Origin: Verrucomicrobiaceae bacterium
GTDB lineage: Bacteria > Verrucomicrobiota > Verrucomicrobiia > Verrucomicrobiales > Akkermansiaceae
Assembly: GCA_051252135.1 (NCBI GenBank)
Contig: JBPOGH010000007.1
Span: 96,001 to 160,000, forward strand
Length of the DNA: 64,000 nucleotides
Direction: 5' to 3'
This document shows, piece after piece, positions 10,259 to 19,600 of the stretch (its first letter is position 1; each line of letters starts with the position of its first letter). The notes under the pieces are model-generated. The model was given only the letters and a program-made list of their open reading frames with translations, made no database searches and was not told where the DNA came from. The position numbers and the translations under genes were made by a program.

Positions 10259-10785
10259 GCTGATTGAGGTCGGTCTCCGCCTTTGCTAGCCCAATCGAAG
10301 AAGGCGTTGGCGATCATGGGGATGAGCGAGTCATCAGGGATGCGTTTGGCGTTGAGCCAGAGGTGATGGCTGTTTTCCTCGGGTTCCTTGCAACTCATGC
10401 TGACTTGAAAGACGTTCCGGTTGGACTGGGTTTCGCGGTGGCACTTGGGGAGTTCGAGGATGACGCCGCCCTTTGAGCTGAGGAATTCGATGGCGGAGGT
10501 TTGATCGTCCGCATGGAGTCGGCCGAGCATCCTGCGGAAATCAGCGTAGGCCTGAAGTTGTTCGAAGCGGTGATCGGTGACGGGGAACCAGCCGCCGGAG
10601 TTGTATTCGTCATCATATTCATCGAGGTATGCGGCGAGCTTGAGGGCGATGCGGGGTTGGCAGACGGTGCAGGGGGATTCGATGGCGATGGAGTAGCAGA
10701 GGTCCGCGTGGCCTTCCCGGTCGGCGAGGCTTTGTTTTACCAGCCAATCGCTGAAGGCTCGATCCACGGAAACTTGATTAGGCAT
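10255..10785 (-). CDS. hypothetical protein, possibly a degenerate cytidylate-kinase-like protein
   Basis: Start MPNQVS; SIAIESP..IALKLAAYL..W pattern; coupled to the ccoS-like gene. Confidence 0.55.
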   Translation of the reverse strand: MPNQVSVDRAFSDWLVKQSLADREGHADLCYSIAIESPCTVCQPRIALKLAAYLDEYDDEYNSGGWFPVTDHRFEQLQAYADFRRMLGRLHADDQTSAIEFLSSKGGVILELPKCHRETQSNRNVFQVSMSCKEPEENSHHLWLNAKRIPDDSLIPMIANAFFDWASKGGDRPQSA

Positions 10786-10868
10786 GGGGGGAATTTGACT
10801 GAAGTTCGATTGTGGTGCTTCGCATGGATTGCCAATGACTGTGCATGAATGCGCAAAGGGGAGGGCAA

Positions 10869-11987
10869 TCAGTGCGCGTCGAGGTGCCGGAGGTGCCATT
10901 CACGAAAGACGAGGGGTGAGATTTCCGAAGGTTTGATCTCGGATTGGCCTCCCCAGAAGACGCTGGTGTAGAGGAGGGGGATGCCGACTTTGGCGAGGTG
11001 GGCATCGATGGCGGCTTTGTGGGCGAGGACGAGATCCTTATCGGTCCCGTGGACAACACCCATGATGTTGACGTTTCCAAAGTCGGGGCCCCCTTCGCGC
11101 CAGTAGCAGTGGGTCATGCAGTAGTGGCGACCGATTTCCGCGCCGGCTTGTTTTTCCATGCCCTTTGGAACGGCCCAGTGGAAGAGTCCGTTGTAGCGGG
11201 TGACCTTTTGGCCGGAGGCCGAGGGTTTGACGTGCTCGAGGAAGGTGGAGAAGCGACCGATGACCTTTTTTTCATCGAGCTGTCGGGCGATGGCGTAGAA
11301 TCGGGGGAGGCGGATTCCGGATTCGCGGGCCCGGCTTTCCCATGGTGAGTGTTGGATTTCCGAGGGAGCGAAGTCTTTTTTGAGGGCGAGCAGAACGGTC
11401 CATTCCTCGTCGGTCAGGGACACGTTCCGGGTGGTCATCATGCAGGCGGGGTCCGGAGTAAGGGCTCCGGGTTCGAGTCCGCGACGGCGCATATGGCCCA
11501 CGCCGAGAGCGAACACGCCCTTGGCCGGCATGAGGCGATAGGCTTCCGCACCGATGAGTTTCCTGAGGATGTCGGCATGGTATTTGAGGGATTGTCCCTG
11601 GGGGACTTTCAGAGTGGTCCAGAGGTTGAATTGGGAGCCGGGGAGATCGCGGTCTGTCGAGCGGGTGACGACGTGTCCGGAGAAGGGATCTTCATCTGCG
11701 AGAAAGCGGAATGCGGCGGTGAGTTTTTTGCGCGGGACCTGCCAGGCGACGAGGGCTCCCTCGGCCAGTTTGGTGGCGAGAAGGGTCTGGCGGACGCGGC
11801 GGATGGTGCCGGCTTCCAGCATGAGGCGGATACGGTCGAGGACGAGATCGAGGGGGAGACCTGTTCGTTTCGAGATTTCCTCAAAGGGGTGGGTTTGAAA
11901 TCCTTCGAGGAGATCTTCCGAGACGGAGAGGATGAGTTTGTTGGTCTCCTCGTTGGGCTCGGTGAGAGCGGAGTTGGCGGTGAGCAT
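10869..11987 (-). CDS. fused siroheme decarboxylase AhbA-AhbB (NirDL/NirGH-like, tandem Lrp/AsnC fold)
   Basis: Two wHTH+AsnC repeats (PFEEISKRTG..GTIRR; PWESRARESG..VIGRF); SGHVVTR and THCYWR..GVVHG. Confidence 0.82.
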   Translation of the reverse strand: MLTANSALTEPNEETNKLILSVSEDLLEGFQTHPFEEISKRTGLPLDLVLDRIRLMLEAGTIRRVRQTLLATKLAEGALVAWQVPRKKLTAAFRFLADEDPFSGHVVTRSTDRDLPGSQFNLWTTLKVPQGQSLKYHADILRKLIGAEAYRLMPAKGVFALGVGHMRRRGLEPGALTPDPACMMTTRNVSLTDEEWTVLLALKKDFAPSEIQHSPWESRARESGIRLPRFYAIARQLDEKKVIGRFSTFLEHVKPSASGQKVTRYNGLFHWAVPKGMEKQAGAEIGRHYCMTHCYWREGGPDFGNVNIMGVVHGTDKDLVLAHKAAIDAHLAKVGIPLLYTSVFWGGQSEIKPSEISPLVFREWHLRHLDAH

Positions 11988-12011
11988 GGCGAGATTCCGG
12001 GGGGGGAGGGG

Positions 12012-13169
12012 TTACCAGTCGGTGCCGAGATTGTAGGCTTTGGCGATCTCGATGAGGTCGGGGCGCATGGGCCATTCGTCACAGCGCTCGCTGACGGAGT
12101 GGCGGTTGCTGGCGCCCTTGAGGAGCATGCAGCCGGTGTTGTCTCCGAGAGCGCGGACTTTGGCGACCTCCTCTTCACTGAGTTGGACGATGGGGAGGTT
12201 TGCCATTTCGGAGATCTTGTCCTCAATGGGTCGGGCGTTCTCACCGCGTTCTTGCACGAAGGTGGGGATGACGCTCTTGACGGCGGGGTGGGAGAGGTTC
12301 CAGTTGGCGGCGTATTGGAGAGGGGTGAGTCCGTGGACTTGGGCGAGGGGACGGATTTTTTCGACGAAGTCGTATCCCCGTTTCACCCAACCTTCCGGGC
12401 GATAAGCGCGGTGGTCACCGGGGGCGAATTGGTGGTCGGGCTTGAGTTCATCATAGAAGACACCTCCGTGATCGAGGACCCTGGTGATGATGTTGATCTC
12501 AAATTGGGAAGCGGCATTGAGCGAAAGGCTGACGGGCCAGGGCTCGAGCGGGTTGAGGATGACCATGGCCCAATCGATGAGGTGGCCGAAGTTTTCGAAG
12601 CATTGGACGAGGTCGAGGGTGAAGCCGTTCGCTGGTCCGGGGGCGATGCCGAGCTGGCGGGTGAGTCCTTCTTGTTTGAGGCGGTTCATGCCCTCCCAGA
12701 CGGCGGGGCTGGTGTAGCCGATTTCATCCGGGTTATGGAGGAGCAGGAGGTCGAAGTGGTCGGTGCGGCAGTTCTCGAGCGACTTGCAGCAGGCCATTTG
12801 GAGGAACTCGTTGTATTGTGACGGTTTACGAAGTTCCGGGTTGGTGAAGCGGGGGTAGCCGGTGTTTCCCTGGCGTTTGCCTTCATAGAAGTCATGTCCG
12901 ATGGCTCCGATGAGGGCGTAGCTTTCGCGTGGGAAGGGGGCGAGGGCTTCACCGAGGAGGGCGTCTGCGCGGCCGTTCCCGTAGACATCAGCGGTGATGA
13001 AGGTGCGGATGCCTTCGGCGTATGCGTGGGCGACGCACTTGTGGTAGTCCTCCTCACTGAGGGTTTCTCCGAAATGCATGAAGCGGCCACCGCTCCAGGT
13101 TCCGTAGGCGACGTTCCCGATTTGGCACCGCGGTGAGGGGAGTGAGCTTTGTTTGGTGAGAGTTTCCAT
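12012..13169 (-). CDS. aldo/keto reductase-fold protein, atypical
   Basis: YGTW, TADVYGNG, SLENCRTDHFDLLLLHNP, HPAVKSVIP. Confidence 0.85.
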   Translation of the reverse strand: METLTKQSSLPSPRCQIGNVAYGTWSGGRFMHFGETLSEEDYHKCVAHAYAEGIRTFITADVYGNGRADALLGEALAPFPRESYALIGAIGHDFYEGKRQGNTGYPRFTNPELRKPSQYNEFLQMACCKSLENCRTDHFDLLLLHNPDEIGYTSPAVWEGMNRLKQEGLTRQLGIAPGPANGFTLDLVQCFENFGHLIDWAMVILNPLEPWPVSLSLNAASQFEINIITRVLDHGGVFYDELKPDHQFAPGDHRAYRPEGWVKRGYDFVEKIRPLAQVHGLTPLQYAANWNLSHPAVKSVIPTFVQERGENARPIEDKISEMANLPIVQLSEEEVAKVRALGDNTGCMLLKGASNRHSVSERCDEWPMRPDLIEIAKAYNLGTDW

Positions 13170-13247
13170 GACACGGACCATACGGTGGTCGGTGTCAGGG
13201 TTCTCCGCACCCTTCCTCAAAGGCTGCGCATTATTTGCGGGGGGAAA

Positions 13248-13706
13248 TTATCGGGGTCTTTTTCCGATAAGGTATGATTTTTCGCAGTGGACGAGGAGAC
13301 GTCCGGCGAGGGCCTTGCGGCCGATGAGCATCCGGAATTTCATATTTTCGCGGTTGGAAAGGCTGAGTTCGATGGGCCATTGCTCACCGCCGATCGAGAC
13401 TGTGGTGAGGATAAACGGTCTGTTTTCCTCGTGTCCGCCGGAGTCGCGAACGACGCGATAGTCGGTCACGGGAGCTTCGCTTTCGGTCTCGGTGGATGGG
13501 TCGCTCTTGATCGGGTGAGCGATGAAGCGGGCCCAATCCCGACCGTCCTTTTGAAATACCTCGTAGCTTGCGGTGTGGAGGCAGGAGGTGCGGGCACCGG
13601 TATCGATCTTGGCTTTGATGGCCTTGATTCCAATCTCCGGGAGGGCAACCCATTCCCGCCAGCCAACTGTGAGGAGATTTGATTCGGGCGAAGTGGGTTC
13701 GGTCAT
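13248..13706 (-). CDS. RimK-associated retropepsin-like protease (putative ATP-dependent Zn protease family)
   Basis: GWREWV, AKIDTGARTS, RENMKFRMLIGR. Confidence 0.9.
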   Translation of the reverse strand: MTEPTSPESNLLTVGWREWVALPEIGIKAIKAKIDTGARTSCLHTASYEVFQKDGRDWARFIAHPIKSDPSTETESEAPVTDYRVVRDSGGHEENRPFILTTVSIGGEQWPIELSLSNRENMKFRMLIGRKALAGRLLVHCEKSYLIGKRPR

Positions 13707-13767
13707 TGGCCAAGTTTAGAGTGAGAGCCGTGAACGAGGCGAGGACCGATGTGCGAGGGAGTGCGTT

Positions 13768-14331
13768 TTATCGCTTGAGGTTGGTGGAGATGGTTTTCGA
13801 CAGCTGGTCGATGAGTCGGCTTTGGGCGGCGACGAGGGACTCGAAGCCATCATCGGCGAGGGGTTCGCGGAGGGTGGTGGTTTGGCTGGTGATGAGGCGG
13901 CTTCCGGGAAGTTCGTAAGCGCGCCACGAGGCTTCGAGGATGGCGTCTCCATCAGCGGTGCCGTGAAAACGGGTGACATCGACCGTGATCTGGTAGCGGA
14001 GTTCGAGGTCCCGTTCCCAGGGGTAGATGCGCAGGTTTCCGGTGCCCATGTGGTGGCCGAGGTTGCTCGAGAGGACCCGGGTGAAATCGTTGCGAAGGTC
14101 GCCGGCCCATTCGTGCATGTCCGAAATTTCCATCTTATGGGGGGTGGACTGGAAGATGACGTAGGGTCGTTCGACGAGGTAATCTGCCATGGAGACAGGG
14201 CCTACGCCGATGCCGATTCCGTGCCGGGCGGGGGCATTGTGGACCGGAGAGAGGACGTAATAATTTCGCCCTGTGCTACATGAGAGCAGGAGAACAAAGG
14301 GAAGGCAGAGTGAGAGGAATTTGGTGGGCAT
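13768..14331 (-). CDS. pqiC: PqiC-family lipoprotein
   Basis: Lipobox LLSC; YYVL, GVGPV..DYL, HEWAGDL; follows pqiB. Confidence 0.88.
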   Translation of the reverse strand: MPTKFLSLCLPFVLLLSCSTGRNYYVLSPVHNAPARHGIGIGVGPVSMADYLVERPYVIFQSTPHKMEISDMHEWAGDLRNDFTRVLSSNLGHHMGTGNLRIYPWERDLELRYQITVDVTRFHGTADGDAILEASWRAYELPGSRLITSQTTTLREPLADDGFESLVAAQSRLIDQLSKTISTNLKR

Positions 14332-14339
14332 GGCGGGAT

Positions 14340-16046
14340 TTAGCGGCGGGCTCGGGGAATTTTGTTGCTGCTGGGGTCTTTTCCGAAGAGGAGAGAGTTT
14401 GGTTTGTCGGCGATCTCAGTGGTCATCCGGTCGATGGAGCGGATGGCAGCGCGGAGTTCGTCCATGGTGCGACGGAGATCGCCGTAGACGTTTCCATCGG
14501 CTGCGAGAGGCTTGAGTGATTCGTTGACCTGGGCGAGAGTTTGGCGGAGGTCTCCACTGAGGGCTTTGGTATCATCTGTGGAGAGGATGGTGTTGATGGA
14601 CTCCATCGTTTTGGTCATTTCCTTGAGAGTGGTCTGGGCATCGGCGACGACGCCCTTGCTAGAGACCATGGCCCGGTTGACGTTTCCGAGGACGCGGGTG
14701 GCTTCATCGGAGGTGTCGCCCACTTTGGCGAGAAGTGATTCGATCTCGAGTTGATTGAGCTTGTCGAGGAGGGCGAGGACCTTGTCCTGCAGGCTCTCAA
14801 GTCCGGTGTGAATGGTGGGCAGAACGAGGCGATCGCCCCGGGTTTCGATTTTAGCGATGGGTGCGTCGGGGTAGTAGTCGAGATCGACGTAGAGTTGTCC
14901 GGTGATCAGGCTGCTATTTTTGAGGGAAGCGCGGAGGCCTTTTTTGAGGGCGTTCTCGAATCCTCCCGCGCCTTCGTCCAGGAGGCTGGGGGGGAAGTGG
15001 GTAGCAAGGAGGCGGGTATCGAGCTGAACGAGGACAGGGATTTCCTCGATGTCGATTCCTTCGACCAGGCTGTAGGAGATTTTTCCAACCCGACCCACGC
15101 GGAGACCGCGGAACTCGACGGGCGAGCCTTCTTTGAGGCCGCGAAGGGATTGGTCGAGGAGGAGAAGGAATTCCACGCCACCCCGGAAGGTGCTGTTTTC
15201 AGCTGATTCCTTGCTGGGATACAAGTTGACCGAGCTTAAATCGTCGATGGGCTCACCCAGATTCATGCCCACGGGTGTTCCCATGGTGATGCGGCCGGCG
15301 ACAAAGGACTCGAGGGAAGGGAATTCGAGGTCAAAACCTTCCGCGCCCACATGGAGGGAGATTCCACTGGAGCGCCAAAATAAGGCGGAATCGGTGACGA
15401 GTTCACGGAATTGGTCTTCGATGAAGACTCCGAATTCGACGGTCTGGGTTTCAGCCTTGAAGGTGCGGCTTTCCACCTTTCCGATCTGAGTTTCCTTGAA
15501 GTAGATGCCACTTCCAATGTCGATGGAACCGGGTTCCTTGGCTGAGAGGGTGAGTCGGAGGCCGGGGACCGAGTTGGGTGTTAGGGGAGGTGTTTCGAGT
15601 CCGGTAAAATGGCGTGCGGTCTCTGTGCTGAGGCCGGGGTCCAGCTCGATATAGGCACCGCTGAGGAGGGTGTTGAGACCGGAAACGGAGGCTCCCTGAA
15701 CCCGTGGCTTGACGACCCAGAACTGGGAGTCTTCACGAACAAGGTGAAGGTGGGTGGGCATGATCCGCAGAGCGATTTGAACCTGAAGGGAGTCGGTGAG
15801 GGCCACTTTTTCGACAACTCCAATTTTGACGTTGCGGCATTTGACCTCTGTTTTTCCTTCGGTGATTCCCTCGGCGTTTTCAAAGCTCAGGGTGACAATT
15901 TCTCCCTGTTCATCGTAGTTTCTTTTAACGAGCCAAGCGCCGAGAAAAAGGGCGATGATGGGAATGATCCAGACACGATTAAAGCGGCTGATCGGTTTGA
16001 CAGCGGGGTGGGTGTCGGTTGGTTCCGGTTCTTCGTTGATCATCAA
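14340..16046 (-). CDS. pqiB: PqiB MCE intermembrane transport protein
   Basis: WIIPIIA, AEGITEGKT, SGLNTLLSGAYI, GSPVEFRG, LITGQLYVDL. Confidence 0.93.
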   Translation of the reverse strand: MMINEEPEPTDTHPAVKPISRFNRVWIIPIIALFLGAWLVKRNYDEQGEIVTLSFENAEGITEGKTEVKCRNVKIGVVEKVALTDSLQVQIALRIMPTHLHLVREDSQFWVVKPRVQGASVSGLNTLLSGAYIELDPGLSTETARHFTGLETPPLTPNSVPGLRLTLSAKEPGSIDIGSGIYFKETQIGKVESRTFKAETQTVEFGVFIEDQFRELVTDSALFWRSSGISLHVGAEGFDLEFPSLESFVAGRITMGTPVGMNLGEPIDDLSSVNLYPSKESAENSTFRGGVEFLLLLDQSLRGLKEGSPVEFRGLRVGRVGKISYSLVEGIDIEEIPVLVQLDTRLLATHFPPSLLDEGAGGFENALKKGLRASLKNSSLITGQLYVDLDYYPDAPIAKIETRGDRLVLPTIHTGLESLQDKVLALLDKLNQLEIESLLAKVGDTSDEATRVLGNVNRAMVSSKGVVADAQTTLKEMTKTMESINTILSTDDTKALSGDLRQTLAQVNESLKPLAADGNVYGDLRRTMDELRAAIRSIDRMTTEIADKPNSLLFGKDPSSNKIPRARR

Positions 16047-16047
16047 T

Positions 16048-16671
16048 TCAGGAGGGGTGGTTGGACTGGCGGTCCCAGATTAAGCGGGGGTCGAAGGCGT
16101 GTGCGGCGAGCATGGTAAGAATCACCATGAGGCCAAATGCAACGGCTGCGGAGCCCTGGTGGATGGACATCAGGTTGCCCATTTGAATCAGGCCGACAAG
16201 GATGGCGACGACAAAAACATCGACCATGGACCAGCGGCCGACAAGTTCGGTAATCCAATAGAGTTTATTGGCGGTGCGGGGGTTCATGTTGATCCGGCCG
16301 GAAGCGGCGGCGCAAAGGAACCCCAAGGAGAGAAATTTGAGCCCGGGGATCATCACGCTGGCGATGAAGATAATGATGGCGACGGGGTAGGCCTGCATTC
16401 GCCAGAAGGTGGCGACGCCGCCCAAAATGGTGGATTGTTCGGTCGCTCCCAGTTGGGTCACTACCATGATGGGCATCAGATTGGCGGGAATGTAGGCAAT
16501 GACGCCGGCGATGCCATAGGCGAGACATCGCTGGACGCTGGCTTCCTTGCGCGGGTGGAGAGGAGTCCGGCAGCGAGGGCACTGGTGTAGGGCGGCGTCA
16601 GTCAGCTTTTGGCAGGTGTGACAGGTGGCGAGATTTTCGTCCAAGGCCCGGGGGAATGATGGAGGGGTCAT
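16048..16671 (-). CDS. pqiA: PqiA-family protein (C-half type)
   Basis: CHTC..CPRC, YIPAN, GRWSMVDVFV, FDPRLIWD. Confidence 0.9.
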   Translation of the reverse strand: MTPPSFPRALDENLATCHTCQKLTDAALHQCPRCRTPLHPRKEASVQRCLAYGIAGVIAYIPANLMPIMVVTQLGATEQSTILGGVATFWRMQAYPVAIIIFIASVMIPGLKFLSLGFLCAAASGRINMNPRTANKLYWITELVGRWSMVDVFVVAILVGLIQMGNLMSIHQGSAAVAFGLMVILTMLAAHAFDPRLIWDRQSNHPS

Positions 16672-17330
16672 GAGGAAGATCCGGGGTTGCGGGCGACTTC
16701 CAGACGGTCCCAAAGTTCGTTGCGATCGATGCCAGCGAGTGATCCGGCGAGGCAGATCATGAGAGCGGCAACGGCCCAGAAGCCAAGTCCAAGTTCGATA
16801 TCAGCGAGTTTGACCAGTTTCAGGAGGCTGACGATGGCTCCGAGGAAAAACACCTCGACCATGACCCACGATTGGAGGTGTTGGAAGAGTCGCATGATTT
16901 CAATCGAGCCGGGAAGGGCTTTACCGAAAAGGAGAGGGATGCAGAGGTAGAGCAGGGTACCCAGCATAATCAGCGGGAGGGATAGAACGAAGAGGGAGAC
17001 GCTGGCTGCGGCGAAGGTGCCCCCGGTTTGCCAAAGCTGCATCACGGCTCCGGGGATGGAAATGGAACTGCGGTTTCCCTGGACATCCATGGTGAGGAAG
17101 GGGAATTGGAGAACGAGTGCCATCAGGCAGAGGGCGGTGATGCCGAAGGCAACGGTCCGGTGAAGGCTGTTCGGGCGATTCCGGTAGATGATTTGGTCGC
17201 ATCGGCGGCAGTGGGCGGCGAGCCCTTCATCCAGCAAATGAAAGTCGTGGAGGGTGTCGCAGAAGTGGCAGGCGACGCGCGGATTGTCTTCCGCAACGCG
17301 AGGCCAAGTCGATGTGTGGTGGTGGTTCAA
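16668..17330 (-). CDS. pqiA: PqiA-family protein (N-half type)
   Basis: CHFCD..CRRC, WVMVEVFFLGAIVSLLKL; TTG start. Confidence 0.88.
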   Translation of the reverse strand: MNHHHTSTWPRVAEDNPRVACHFCDTLHDFHLLDEGLAAHCRRCDQIIYRNRPNSLHRTVAFGITALCLMALVLQFPFLTMDVQGNRSSISIPGAVMQLWQTGGTFAAASVSLFVLSLPLIMLGTLLYLCIPLLFGKALPGSIEIMRLFQHLQSWVMVEVFFLGAIVSLLKLVKLADIELGLGFWAVAALMICLAGSLAGIDRNELWDRLEVARNPGSSS

Positions 17331-17436
17331 TCTGTTGGTGAACTTTGATCTGGGACCACGCTAGCAGAGTGGTAGGGGGGGAGAAGAACTCAATTATGGG
17401 ATCAACAGGCCCCGGTTCGAGGGTTGGGAGAGGGAT

Positions 17437-19098
17437 TTAATCGTCGGTAAGCAGGATTTTCCAGACCAGAATTAAGCCGCCGACAAAGGCAAAAGAGAAG
17501 AGGATGAGGGCGAACAGGGGGTAGCCGGCGAGGGTCCAGGAGCTTTCGATATTCATCATCATGGCGGCGCCGATAACGAGGGAGGCAATGATGAGGCCTG
17601 CGGTGATGCGGTTGGCAATTTTTTGGAAGCTGCGGATGAGGAGTTTTTCATCGATTGTTTCCACGGAGATCCTGAGATCGTTTCCAGCAATCAGATCGAG
17701 AACCTGATTGGTTTTGGAAGGGAGGTCGGCGACGAGATCGCGGAAGTCGCGGGCGGTGGTTAGGATGGTCCCAAGGGAGAAATGTTCTTTGACCTGCTCT
17801 TCAAGCAAGGCGGTGCTTTTTTCGCGAATTGCGGCGGCAGGATCGTAGGATGAATCGAGACTGTCGGCGACGAGATCGAGATTGAGGAGAGTTTTACCGA
17901 GTAAAAGGATGGCTTCGGGGATGCGGAGATGGTGATCGGCGCAGAGCTTGGTGACCCGCATCACGAGTTGACCGATGTTCATGTCTCCCACATTTCCCTC
18001 CACTTCATCGGAGACCAGTTGGGAAACGGCGATGAGAAATTCGTTGCGATCAAATCCTTCCTGCGGCGATCCCATGCGGATCGCGCAGTTCCCGACGGCC
18101 CGGCCCTTCTTTTCGCTGAGAGCGATGAGGAAGTGTGCCAGGGTTTCACGGGTGAGTTCGTCGACGCGACCCACCATGCCCAGATCAATCAGGCCCACGC
18201 GGCGATCTTCGGTGATGAGGACGTTTCCGGGGTGGGGGTCGGCGTGGAAGCTTCCGAGAATCAGAATTTGGTAGAGGTAAGAATGGAAAAGTTCGTCGGC
18301 GAGAGAAGAGCCGTCGATTTCACTCAGGACGACACCGGAGAGGCTGGTGACGGGGTTTCCCTGAAGGTAGTCCATGGTAAGAACGCGGCCGGAGCATAGG
18401 TCGGGAATGGTGCGGGGAACGACGATCTTGGGGAAACGGTCCAACTCGGTTCGGAAGAGCTCGAGATTCCGTGCCTCGAGGGTGTAGTCGAGTTCACGAA
18501 GGATGCTTTCCCGAAGTTCCTCCACCATTTTGGAGACGTTGTATCGCTCTCCCATTTCAGTGTGTTCCTGAAGGAAATCTGCGATTGAGGAGAGGGCGGA
18601 GAGGTCATTGCTGACTCTTTCGCGAATTTGAGGTCGCTGGATTTTTACGACAACCTCCCGTCCGTCGCGGAGCTGTGCCCGATGGACCTGTCCGAGGGAG
18701 GCACTGGCGAGGGGCGTTTCGTCGAATGAAGAGAAGGCTTTTGAGATGCGAATACCGAGTTCTCCTTCGAGAATGGGCGCGAGATCTTGAAAATCGACAG
18801 GAGCAACGTTGTCCTGGAGGCGCTCGAGGCTCTCCAGGTAGGGCTGTTGCAGGAGGTCGGCGCGGGTGGAGAGAAGCTGTCCGATCTTAACGAAGGTTGG
18901 GCCCATTTTCTCGAGGTCCTCGGCGAGATCATCTGCTTGTCCCTTTTTGACGAGGAGTTCTTCCTCGCTGAAATGTTCGAGGACGCCTGGAATCCGTGTC
19001 ATCTCGTCCCGACCATATTTGAGGAACAGGAGGGCGATATCCTTATAAGTTTTCAGTTGGCCTGCGGTAAATGGGAGGAAGGAATCGATCACGCTCAT
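17437..19098 (-). CDS. ABC1/AarF/UbiB atypical kinase
   Basis: GPTFVKIGQLLSTRAD, ASASLGQVH, VKIQRP, FHADPHPGN, DLGMVG. Confidence 0.93.
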   Translation of the reverse strand: MSVIDSFLPFTAGQLKTYKDIALLFLKYGRDEMTRIPGVLEHFSEEELLVKKGQADDLAEDLEKMGPTFVKIGQLLSTRADLLQQPYLESLERLQDNVAPVDFQDLAPILEGELGIRISKAFSSFDETPLASASLGQVHRAQLRDGREVVVKIQRPQIRERVSNDLSALSSIADFLQEHTEMGERYNVSKMVEELRESILRELDYTLEARNLELFRTELDRFPKIVVPRTIPDLCSGRVLTMDYLQGNPVTSLSGVVLSEIDGSSLADELFHSYLYQILILGSFHADPHPGNVLITEDRRVGLIDLGMVGRVDELTRETLAHFLIALSEKKGRAVGNCAIRMGSPQEGFDRNEFLIAVSQLVSDEVEGNVGDMNIGQLVMRVTKLCADHHLRIPEAILLLGKTLLNLDLVADSLDSSYDPAAAIREKSTALLEEQVKEHFSLGTILTTARDFRDLVADLPSKTNQVLDLIAGNDLRISVETIDEKLLIRSFQKIANRITAGLIIASLVIGAAMMMNIESSWTLAGYPLFALILFSFAFVGGLILVWKILLTDD

Positions 19099-19113
19099 AG
19101 TAGGATTTAAAAT

Positions 19114-19129
19114 TGCAGGCATCATGCCA
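19114..19129 (-). promoter_or_regulatory. sigma54 -24/-12 promoter of ABC1 kinase
   Basis: TGGCATGATGCCTGCA, 16 nt before ATG 19098. Confidence 0.75.
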
Positions 19130-19307
19130 CGTCAGGGAATGGTGCCAGTGCTACAATTTGTCCGGACCGGGATTGCAAAATGACAAGGCTGCCAAATCCA
19201 AGGGGAGCGAAACGCACGATTTGTAGAATTCCTGCTGCTTATGAGTAGATGCGATTTCAGTGCGGAACCCTATACGAATCAAGGGTTTTGAGGGCCGGGT
19301 GTGTTCA

Positions 19308-19323
19308 TGGAGCACATTGTGCA
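19308..19323 (+). promoter_or_regulatory. sigma54 promoter of DUF1328 gene
   Basis: TGGAGCACATTGTGCA. Confidence 0.6.
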
Positions 19324-19356
19324 ACTGAGGAGGGGCAACCAAAACCAACTAATATT

Positions 19357-19512
19357 ATGTTAAGAACAGCAATTACATTCTTCGTCATCGCCCTGATCGC
19401 CATCCTCCTTGGAGCTGGTGGTGTGGGTTCACTCGCAATGAACATTGGATATGTCCTCGCAGTGATCGGGGTGATTCTTTTCGTTGTGAATGCTCTGACT
19501 GGAAAACGATAA
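19357..19512 (+). CDS. DUF1328 (YtjA-like) small membrane protein
   Basis: MLRTAITFFVIALIAILLGAGGVG. Confidence 0.88.
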   Translation: MLRTAITFFVIALIAILLGAGGVGSLAMNIGYVLAVIGVILFVVNALTGKR

Positions 19513-19600
19513 CTTTTTCAGATCATGTCATCCAATTGATGGCAATGTCGACCGATCAAGCCTCTTGCGAGGTGAGGTCGGTCGCATTTTATGTTGAGCA

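Noticed and set aside
10786..10868. FNR box upstream of the cco operon
   Set aside because: No TTGAT-N4-ATCAA found.
11349..12821. 490-aa + strand ORF and similar long antisense ORFs (44355..45374, 55028..56302, 45914..46888)
   Set aside because: Antisense to motif-supported genes; expected from biased high-GC codon usage.
17366..17373. AGAGTGGT also present at 36001 as a possible att repeat
   Set aside because: Only 8 bp, partly outside the tRNA; expected by chance.
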